A program made the position numbers and the translations under genes. A stretch of 64,000 nucleotides of DNA, from the NCBI GenBank assembly GCA_038087875.1, contig CM075979.1, positions 56,296,001 through 56,360,000 on the forward strand, written 5' to 3'. Below the pieces are notes generated by a model. The model had not been told where the DNA came from and did not search any database. It saw nothing but the letters and a program-made list of their open reading frames with translations. The stretch is from Malacoraja senta (taxonomy: Eukaryota). This document shows, piece after piece, positions 48,701 to 60,700 of this stretch (its first letter is position 1; every line of letters starts with the position of its first letter).

Positions 48701-51700
48701 ACACAAACTACAAGTAAGTAAATTATTCTAATTATAATCTATTTGGGAGGATTTCCCAACAGTATATATTCTGTGGTTTTGAAATTACTCACATAGACTC
48801 TTTGCTGCCACTGTGGTAGCAAACTGACAGAATCCTCAAGAAAATGGAGAGAACTTAGTTCAGTTGCTGGGTAGTGTTTCTATGAATGTCCTTGTTACCT
48901 TAAAATTAGGCATTTCATATCATCCAGGGTTCCAATTGCTGGGTGTCGATGAATACCGTAAAACATGAGCATGCTGACTATAACAAGGACATGGTGGGGT
49001 AATAGCCATGGAATCTAGGTAGAGCCAATGGCCTGTTGACCCAGGAACAAAAATTGATGATTTATCCTGGATTGATCCATGGCTTGAAATGTTACACTTG
49101 CCCGACCATCCAAATTTCAATGGAGAATGGTGCCAAGTGACACTTGTTTCCACATATCCATGAAAATGAAATATCCTTCCACTCAAATGTTCGTTCGGAT
49201 CATTTAGGAGATCTTCAGTGGCACAACCACTGAGATCATGGAGAATTATAACAAAGGAATGGATGCTTGTAACATTTTTTCAGAAGATGTCACAGAGATG
49301 TAAAAATGGCCCTGTTTTTCTTAATAATAAATATAAGATAATAATAGTGGAAAATATATTGGATGATGAGTTTGTTCAGCCTTGCTTAAAGTTGCAGGGA
49401 GTTTGAAAATAATGTGGCAGGTGGATTCCTTTTTGGCAGTTGTTAGTAACTATGAAAAGTGATGTTTTGGTGCTGTGGCAGAAAAAACAAATTGTAGGAG
49501 TTTGCACAAGAAGTACTGGGACACCATTGGCATATTTTAGAGAGCAGCTTCTTAGACTTTAGAGAGGTAAAGGCATAGTTGGGGTGTGAGGCAATAATCT
49601 GATAAGGAAGGGTATTTTTGAGGAGAAGCATGATGAACAAAAAGAGTACAGTATTGAAATGATCGAAGTATTGTCAGTATCAGCAAACAGGAAGAAAGAA
49701 AGGATAAATAATTACAAGTTTAGGGAATATGATTGAGAGAGCAGGTGATGGGTCTAATGAATAAGGTGGGTATGAAGAGGACATCCAAATTTGTGCTATT
49801 ATGTTTTAGTATTCTATTGAAATTAAACAGTAAACTTGAAAAGGATAATTATTCAGTATAAATATTCCGTATGTACATTAAAAACATTGCCTGCCGGTGC
49901 AGTACCTGCAAATGTAAAAATAAGAAAGTTTAAAACGAATCCATAGAATCCAGTCCAATTGGCATTAATTGACAGGGTATAACAGAATATGAATTTCATG
50001 TTTAGAGAGAAGGGAAGCCTTGAGCATGTCATTTTAACTTCCCTTTCTATGCCCACATCGATCTATCTGTCCTCGGCTTTCTCTGCTGCCAGGGTGAGGT
50101 AAAATACAAATAGCACTTCATATTCTGCCTGGGTCGTCTAAACCCATCCTCTCCCTTCTCACCTGGTTCCACCTGTCCGCCCATGCCTCAATGCTCCCTC
50201 TTGCCTCTTTATAATGGCTTTCTCCTGTAATTAAATATATGCAGGATTCAAGGATTTGGATCAGTGAATAGAGGAAGCACATGGTGAAGAGCATAAATAA
50301 CTATTTATTAAAGCAAACACAGAAAAACGATAAAATTTCAATAAAGAAACAATACTGAATAACTCTTACGGTCTTCTGTGTATTCAAGTCTCCTGTCAGC
50401 ACACACCACAACCCAAGCTCTTCCTCTCTCTCTCCCTCTCTCTCTCCTTAGTGAAGCTTTTTTCTCTCCCCAAAGATGAAGGTCATGGTAGAAGCATGTA
50501 TTCATATAATAATGTTATCTCTGAGAACACCAGGTGATTATGTGTCAAGCTAGCTATCCTCCTTGGTACCATAATGGCATGAGTTACATGTCCTATCAGA
50601 CACCGAACTAGTCTTTAATGTCTCTGGGAAAGCAAAGCTTATCTCAGTGACCTCGCAGGTGTCCTCATGATCAACTGGTCCATTTGAATTAGCTCAAGCA
50701 TTCTTCGAAAACATCTACTTGTTTTCCTAAGCAGGGTTCGAAATGCATTGCTGCTAATTTAGCTGACAACTCTATTTCAGCTCATAGTCTAACTCTTACA
50801 TTACATCTCCCCACGTCACACTCTGTCCTGATGCAGGGTTTTGACATGGAATGTCAACCACCCCTGTGCCTCCGCAAATGTTGCCTGGCCTGCTGAGCCC
50901 CTCCACCAGCCTGTGGGTTTGCACATATAACGTTGCATTTGGTCTATTCCTTGGTCACTGATTTATTTTCTTCTCTCAGGCTGATGCAAATTGTCATTCT
51001 GTTTGATCCTTTACTGTCCTCCCAAACCCATACCTTCACCGATACAAAGATGACCACTGTTTACCTCTGTAATGTTACAAGTTCCCTCCCTTGGCATATG
51101 CCATTTGTGTTAAGTGAAGAATCAACTCTGTAACCCTTTCCATATTCAGATAGAAATGACAAAAGCATCTTTCTTTTTCAGAGCCACTACCAGTTGTGAT
51201 TGCCTTTCCCATTGATATTCAAACCCACTCAACAGCGCTGTATGTTGTAATGCCAAACATTGGTTTATTTGATGGAGTCATTGTTACATATGGAGTTGAA
51301 AATAAAAGAATACCCACATCTAAGAGAGATTTTAATGTAACTATAGAAAAGTTGACACCTGGTGAAGAATATAAATTTGCAGTACATTCAAGCAGTGGCA
51401 ATATGAAGAGCAAAACGTACAGAGTTCCTATTGTGAAAACATGTAAGTATTGAAGATTACAATTAGCAAACATTCAAAGCAAGTATGAATTTAAATATAT
51501 TGCATTCAATTTAAATTTTTATTTGGCAGTTTTTAGTCAGTTTTCAGCTTTTTATGAAAGTTAATTAATGAGAAGGCTATTCATGCAGTTTGATTTTACT
51601 AAACTTAAAATAACTAACAAGAATATGTTGATCCCGCCCTCACCTGTCTTTTCCAGCTTTCTGTCCCCTTCTCCAATCAGTCTGAAGAAGGGTCCTGACC

Positions 51701-54700
51701 TGAAATGTCGCCCGTTGATTCCCTTCATAAATGTACCTGACCTGCTGAGTTGCTCCAGCACATTGTGTTTGACTCAAGGTTCCAGCTTCTGCAGTTTCTT
51801 GTTTCTCCAACAAAACTTCGATACTGCGTCCCTAAAATGTGTGATTTTTAACAGTTCATTTGACCTTGCGTGCATTGTCTTGAAACATCTCAGACAATAG
51901 GCACAAGGAATAAGAAAGTTAAACAGGTCTTTTGTTTGGGCAGAAGATAATAACTGTAAAGCCAGAAAGATAGGACTTGAAATTTAAATCGATGCTATGA
52001 ATGAAAAGGTTATTATTTATTATCTGGCCTTATCTACTGGGATTTTTTAGCTATGATTTAAACATTTAGAAACCAGGTATAAATGAATCAAACACACTTA
52101 ATAGCACAGAAATGTGTTTTTGTCAAATATTGGAGCGACGTCTAATTATAAAATCAATTTATTTTCCTGATACTGTTTTCCAGCAATGATTGCTCAGGAT
52201 GAAGCTGGTGAACTGTCAAACTTTCCCCTCACTGATTAGGGAGGTTGATTTATCTCAACTTACAGTTAATGCACCTGTTCGAGGATGCAGTTTGACTTGG
52301 TTGTGACCTTTAACTTCTCTTTACAGATACTGATAGAAAATACCATGAGAATGTAGTCATAGTTGTCTCTCCAATCAATTGATCTTTAGTTAAATCAGAA
52401 CACTTCTGTCCTTCTCATGCCTCTCTAGCCATCATCCTTCTCATTAAAAAAATATATGGAATTCATTGTGGGGTCTAAGTCATTGAGTATTTTTAAAGCG
52501 GAGATTGACAGGTTGTTGAGTTGTAAGGGTGTCAACATTTACCGGGAGTAAGTGGGAGAATGGGGTTGAGAGGGAATGTTAGCTCAGCCACGTTTGAATG
52601 ACAGAGTAAACTCAATTGGTCGAATGGTCTAATTCCACTCCTATGAATTCTGAAATAATCTGTTACTTCTATTAAATACCTGTTTGAAATGTTCCTGTGT
52701 AAGGTGAAGGATCATTGACCTGAATGTTAGTTGGTAATAAACTAAATACATTTACTGACCATGAGGAGAGTTACCTTTGAAGATCTAATATTCTATGTGG
52801 CATGAATATTCCCCCTTTCTTAATGTCACTTGCTGTCTAGCATCAACCCTATGGGTCCTCTGGCATACAGGAACAGTGATAATATTGAATAGAGATAAGC
52901 AGCCATTTATTTTGAAGAATTCTGATGGCAAATCAGAGGAAATTCTAACTTTTAAAACATTTTTACAAAGAGAGAAATAAAGTTTGCTCTGTACATATGA
53001 GAGTAATGTAAAACTTGAAAAGTAAACTTTTAAAAGGAAAAGTTTATAAAAAGAATAAATGGTTGGTTTATTCATACAGAGGAATGAAATACCAAGCAGA
53101 TAAAAGCATGTTTAAAGCTGTTGTAGCTAGGCAGTAATTACAATTTCTTACACTATAAAAAGCACAGTTGCATTTCATGCCACAAACCACAACATTTCCA
53201 GGTTTCTTACCAAAATAATGGTTCACAGTTTTCCTAAGTTCTGATCTAGTTATTATTTTCTATAGATTTAATAAGAGAAGAATGCAAAACTGTGCACCCT
53301 GTGTTTGGGTAAAAGGAATCACTGACTACAGATACTGATAATAAATGTTTAATTGTATGTACATTCTTCATTAGCACCAAGTACTTTGACAACTTTGTCT
53401 TTCTTTCTCACAGTAAGTTCTATGCCGATGTTATCACAGATTTTTCTAATAATTCTAACATCAATGTAAATATATCTTCCTCAAAAAAAACTTAATCTTT
53501 ATTTCTGTTATTTATACCAGGTACAGGATTTTTCTACGACTAATTCCCGGGTCTTCATGTTCTCTCAAATTTCTGTGCTGTTATTAATGAAAACATTATT
53601 TCACTTTTTAAGGGTGCAATACTGCATCCGAAATTCCTCTGGTGACAGACTTTAATCTGAAAAATGATATGTTTGTCTGTTGAAGCCAGAAGTTACAAGG
53701 TTAAGGTGTCAGTTTCAGTGATGGAGTTAGGTTGGTAGATCTATCACTAAAGTGTGTTAAATGACAAAGTGGATTGGTCAATCAGCTTACATTACACTTT
53801 GTTTCCTGGCAGCATAAATTCAACTCAGCAACATTACCAAGCAGATTAAAGTCATATCAAGCTCGAAAAGAAGCACTGGGATAGACAAATGTTATTTGGC
53901 AACTGCAAAAAGAAAAGGAACACAATAAGCAAACATTTTGAGCAAATATCTTGTTGGCTCATTCTAAGATGACTGTCATGATATATTGATTTGTCTACTA
54001 CAAGGTCAGACTTAGGAAACATTACATAGACTGGTGCTTTGTAGATATCCCCTAGAATACGAAAGTTTGCTACTTTGCTGTGTGGAAGCGTATGGTCCTC
54101 CTAATTCCAAATCAAAATAACGGTTCACAGTTTTCCTAAGTTCTGATCTAGTTATTATTTTCTATAGATTTAATAAGTCTAAAAGGAAATTACCCAAATT
54201 AAATCCAAATCTCTTCATAGCCGCCTGTCTAACCGGAGCTAGAAACAAAAAGAACACAGGCCAGAGTCTACCCATATCAGACATTTACCTATCTAACATT
54301 TTTTGTAATCCCAATCTTGGTCTCTGACCTCCAAAGTGCTAGAGAGATGTCCATAACCTGTTTATACTTGTGTTCTTTGAAATTTTTTATTGTTAGATTT
54401 ATTTCTACGAAGCTTATGTCTGTGTTTTTGAATTACATAAGTTACAGTTCCTACCGTTAAAGCAATTCTTTATAGTTTATCAATGTTTTGCAAAAACTTC
54501 ACTTCTTAAAGGGGTCATTACTTATTTCTATATTATGATGATTGCAGATATTTACAGCTCAGTTGTTCTTGGTTCAACCTCATTACTTAATATGAAGACA
54601 AATATGCAGCCTGGGTGTACTGCATACAGCAAAATAATCTGTTTCAGTTCAGATAATGTTATATGTGATGACAAATTAATCAACATAGCTTAATGTTTAA

Positions 54701-57700
54701 GAAGGAACTGCAGATGCTGGAAAATCGAAGGTACACAAAAATGCTGGAGAAACTCAGCGGGTGCAGCAGCATCTATGGAGCGAAGGAAATAGGCAACGTT
54801 TCGGGCCGAAACCCTTCTTCAGACTGATAGGGGGTGGGGAGGAAAAAGGCGGAGGAGGAGCCCGAGGGCTGAGGGATGGAAGGAGACAGCCCGAGGGCTG
54901 AGGAAGGGGTGGAGACAGCAAGGGCTAGCAAAATTGGGAGAATTCAATGTTCATGCCCCCAACATAGCTGATAGTTTTCATCTTCAGAATTTTTAACTTC
55001 CTGCCCAGTAATTCTGCAGTAATCATTGCCAATATCTTACAATATTCAAATAGGAGAAAACAAAAAAGTAACTTCTATAGACGAGAGTTGGAGTTGCTGT
55101 ATCTGTGTAGACTGTGTTACGGGTGGCACAGCAGTGCAGCAGTAGAGCTGCTGCCTTACAGCGCCAGAGACCCGGGTTTGATCCTGACTACGGGATCTGC
55201 CATGAAAACTTGCATTTGTATTGTACCAATAATGTTTAAAAAAAACATGTATACACTGACTATATATTGTTTGTGTTACTGATGCTCTTTTTATTATAGG
55301 TTTGGTACCACCCACTAATTTACGTGAAGGGAAAGTCACAGAAACATCACTGGAATTATTGTGGGATAAAGCAGAAGGCCATTTTAACCAATATGAAGTG
55401 ATATGTATTAATTGTGACAGACAGCTTGTGGTAACCTCACTTTGCTCTTGGTCCATTTAAGCATAGATCATATTTTGCATGTAAAGTAACATAAATTTAA
55501 CTGCAGATTTTCAATTTCAATTTGGAATTGAGATAAAATGTCATTGTCCAGTTAAATTAATACTGACTTTTTGACAAACAAAATTTTATTGAAAGATCTT
55601 CCATCTTTACTTATTAATGTGAGATATATTGAATTACAAATCTTTAAATTTTGCAATATTTATTGTGTTATCTGTTGTTTATTTCAGGTTCAAAAGGTCA
55701 AACGAGAGCACATAGTATTTACAAAGCTGACGCCAGGAAAATTGTATAATATTTCACTTCGAACAGAAAAGGAAAGCTATCAAGATAGCATTCCTGTTAA
55801 ACAATTAATACGTACATGTAAGGTTTCACTTTAACTTTATTTTAAATACATTATAATTTTTCCTCTGTTAATTTCAGTGTAGATGAAACGCTTAATTGCT
55901 CGGAAGCCTTCAGCTAATGTTAATTCATAAATTATATCTATATTTTTCTTTACAAACTTTAAAATATTGAAGGGAATGTTTCTTTTGGATTTTGAAGATT
56001 TAAGAAGTGTGTGGATTAAGGTGTTTAATGATGGACTTTGCAGGAGTGGAATACAGGAAGTTGAAAGCTTTAGAAGTAGTGGTGGTGTATTGAAGGCAGA
56101 GGATTTCTTTACTCAGAGAGTGGTAGCTGTGTGGAATGACCTTCCAGTGGAAATGGTGGAGGCAGGTTCGATTTTATCCTTTAAAAATGGATTGGATGGG
56201 TATATGGACGGGAAAGGAATGGAGGGTTATGGTCTGAGTGCAGGTAGATGGGACTAGGGGGAAGTTTTTAAAAAAGTGTTCGGCATGGACTTGAAGGGCC
56301 GAGATGGCCTGTTTCCGTGCTGTAATGGTTATATGGTTATATGATTCAGTTGGGGATGTGGAAACAAAATGCAATGCCTGTGGTACAAAGGTTGTACATC
56401 GTTCTTTAACCTGAAAATTAAACAAGTTAGCAATAGGGTAGAAAGTCAGGATGAGGATTTAAAATGTAATACATTTGGACTGAAACTGGGGGTTAGAGAA
56501 TATCTTAGGATAAAACATCAGACTTTACTGGCTTTACCTTGCACTATACGTTATTCCTTTATCATGTATCTGCATACCGTGAATGGCTCAATTGTAATGA
56601 TGCATTATCTTTCCGCTGACTGGTTAGCATGCACAAAAAAGCTTTGCTCTGTACCTCGGTACACGTTACAATAAACTAAACTGAAACTGAAACTGACAAG
56701 GCACCAATGTTGTGGATAATCATGCTCATCTGTAATGGGTTGGGGAAGGTGATATTTAAGGCTTCCTAGATAATGACATTTTGTGGATATTTTTTCTTGG
56801 AATGAAATTTTAGTTGAAGCATAATGTTTAGGATAGTAATTTGCCTTGGGGTACGTTTGGAGTATTGTGGATAGCAATTCTGATCCAAAGTCTGTTTTAG
56901 GTTGTCTACAGTCTCAGCAGTCGTATAAAAACAAAGCTAAAAAAAAGCTGCCACAGTTAACCATGTAAAGAAGAATTTTCATTTATTTCAATAAAAATAT
57001 TTTTTAATGACCACCCAACTCATAATTAATCTAATCCAATAAATTGGGGTGAAGTTGATTTACACTATTTACTCTTGGCAATGAGTAAATAGTTTAAAAT
57101 GGCTGTGTTCATATATCATGACTTATTTCTCAGCTGGATATCATTCAGGCACCCTATATACAAAACTGGAATGAACAAAATATCATTTAGTTTAACAAGC
57201 ACACCTGTCCTTTAAGCATTTTCTGAACTTACACAACACTATTCCTATTCCAGAAGTCGGCTAATATAACCATCCTCCTTGTAAAACCTGGATTCTTTTT
57301 GGTTGTTTCCAAATGGTGCTGCATCTACTGCCCTATCATTAGTAAAAAGATTTATCATTCTTAACACATCCTTCCTAATTCTGACAATATGTACTATTGT
57401 AATTTTGGTGAATCCACTTTAGCCCACAATCATTGTTCATCCTTGCTGTTTTAGTGCCAAGTCCAGTGGAGTATCTGAATTATAACAAGACATCGGATTC
57501 AATAACACTCAGCTGGCCAGAAGCTGCTTATGTATTTGATGGCTATAATCTAACAGTCTCCAGCAAATCTATGCACCACGTTGTTGAAATTCCATTTACC
57601 CACTCACGGTAAGATAGAGCATTTTTGAAACTAGAATTTCTTAAAATTAATAATACAAACATGTTACTTTCTCAGATATCTGAAATTAAATAGATAAAAC

Positions 57701-60700
57701 ACAAAATATATAACCAGTTCAATTTTTAATGTTATGGAAATTATGACATAGTACCATAATGTGATGAATTAACTTACACTTCTTTGTCAACGAATGCACA
57801 AACTAGCTGCCTGGCGATGTAACGGCATCAACGTGCTGGTGTATTTATGATGAAAATTTAAAGCTGAGGATCTTTCTGTCCATTCAGGTGGACGTTAAAG
57901 ATAGCAAGAGTTGATAAATTACATGTTCTGTTGGAGTGAAGGTCAAAGTTCATCTTCCTATCAACACCAACAAACCAGATCAGTTGCATTTAACATTTGT
58001 TGTTTGCAGAGGTTGGCAGCTACACTTGTCCACGGTATAAGAGCAGGATTGTCATGGTCTTTGATAATTTGCCACTCACTTCCATCGCAGATGATCCCTA
58101 CCTTGACTCTGTCTCCCCATGGTATAATATTCTTGCCAAAATAAATCATCAATCTAAGTTTTTAAATTTATATTTGATCTAACCCTGGGAATGAACTTGA
58201 CTTCCCCCACTGCCTGTGTGAAGAAGATGTACTTCCTGACATCATCTCTCAACGGCTGAATGCTGATTTTTAAGTTGCAATTCCTTGTCCGGGATCACAA
58301 ACCAGAGGAAACAATTTCTTCCCTTTATCCTATACATTATTTTACATACCTGAAATAATTTAATACGTCACCTGGTAATTTCCTGTCGTCAAATATAAGG
58401 CAAATCTAGTCTGTGCTACCAAATCAAGTCAATTAATCTTCGAATCCATGTTGCCCCTCCTCCGAAGCCAGTGTATCCCTTCTGACATGCAGTCCACAGA
58501 ACTGATTGCAGAACTCTATCTCGGCTTCAGTGTTAATATGACCATATTATTTGTCTACAGAAGGGTCTCGACCGGAAACATCACCTATTCCTTTTCTCTA
58601 GCGATGCTGCCTGTCCCGCTGAGTTACTCCAGCTTATTATGCCCGTCTTCATACTTTCTATATCATTTTATTTCAATCCCTTTTTCACGAAAGAGAACTT
58701 GCCACTCCCCATTATTCAGAAAATACTTAAATCTTTTTGGGATGAGAAGCAGATCTCCTCAGATATACACCTATTAGCTCAGGCCATTTATTTAATTTAT
58801 CAATGTTGCCTGTCATTTTGTCAAATTTGTAGTCCTTGGGTCTGTGCACAGTATTTACAGTGCAACCAACTTGGCACAATCAGAACACTTGCAATGGGAA
58901 GAGGAGTTAAAATGGATTTTAACACAGAGAACCTGTAGGCCAATGTTCGGCGAAACAGTTGCCGAGTGTATGCTTGGTCTCACCAATGTACAGGAGGCTA
59001 CATCGGGAAAACCGGAGGCCTGCCGCCCCACCCCCACCCCCCTCTCCTCACTTCCGTGCCCCACCTGGTCATTTTAACTCCTCTTCCCATTCCCAAACTG
59101 ACCTTTCTGTCCTCGGCCTCCTCCATTGCCATAGTGAGGCCAAATTCGAACTGGAGAAACAACACCTCATATTCTGCTTGGGTAACTTGCAACCAAATGG
59201 TATGAACATGGAATTCTCCAATTTTAGATAACTACATAACCCTCCCCCTCTCCCTTCTTCCCCCACATAACCATCACTCTGCACCCCCCTTATTTACCCC
59301 CTACCGTCTGCCCCACCTGGACATGCACCTACTACTCCCCTCCCACTCCCCTCCCATTCCCCTTCCATCTACGTTCCTTCCTCTAGCTTCACACTTCAAT
59401 CCATTTATCTAACACCTTCTGGATTTTTATCTCTGGCCTTTGTCCAACCATCTGCCTATAAAATAATCTTCCCTACATGTGTCAGCCTATTACCTGCCAG
59501 GCTTTATCCCATCCTTCCTTTCGTCCAGCTTTCTTTCCACCCCCCACCCCCCACCCCCCCACCTATAATCAGTTGAAAGAAATGTCCCGACCCGAAATGT
59601 CACCTATCCATGTACTTGTGAAATGCTGCCTGACCTGCTGAGCTACTCCAGCACTCTGTGTTTTCTTTTGTAAACCAGCATCTGCAGTTCATTGTTTTTA
59701 AAGTAATTCAGGTGTTTTGAAATAGATTATTCTGAGGATTTAAATGGATTATTCTGAGAATTCAAAGGATTTAAAGCCTGCATCCAATATCATGATGTAA
59801 ATGAATATATTACCATAGCAAATCTGTATCACAATGTTTCTTTGTCTAATTATCTTTACTATTTGTAAAATTACTTTTTCCAGTGTATGTGTAGAGATAT
59901 AAGGATTTTATTTCTGCTGAACATTTAATCTTACTGACCCTATTGTTAATGGGCTTTGGAGTCATTTGTGAGATACAGATCATATCACATGAAACTTCAT
60001 AACGTGCTTCTAGTTGATTATGAATTCAAATGGAAATACTGATCATTTACTTTGAAATAAAGTTCTTGAACTAAACTGGACAACATACTGAGCTACATCA
60101 ATGCAGAAGCTTTGCTGTAAGGATATAATTATAAGAATGTAACAATTTAATTTTATTTATTTTCATATTGTGCAGAACATATCATTATGATAAGTTAATG
60201 CCAGGTATCGCATACTCTATAACTATTGAGACAACAAGTGCAACAAAGAAGAGCCATCCCACGACAATTACTATAACAACCTGTGAGTTTTGTTACAAAA
60301 GTAAAATGTCTAATAATCGGTCTATATTGTTATAATTTGTACGTTGAGTTGCTATGCACATATACAAAATGGCAGTAATGTGATTAAATGCTAAATGTTA
60401 AATCCTATGTGAACCATCTCTTTCCATCTTAATGTTATCTTTTCTGTAGCAGGGTGACCAAAACTGAACACAATATTCCAAATGTGGCCTCACCAATTTC
60501 TTGTACAACTGTAACATCACATCCCAACTTATGGACTAATTATGCTGAAGGATGAAGGCCAATGTACCGAAAACATTCTTAACCATCCTATTTACCTGTG
60601 GCACCACTTTCAAGGAACTATGTATCTGTGCTCCTAGATCCCTCTGTTCTACAACACTCACCAGAGTTCTGCCATTCATTGTGAAGTCCTATCCTGATTT

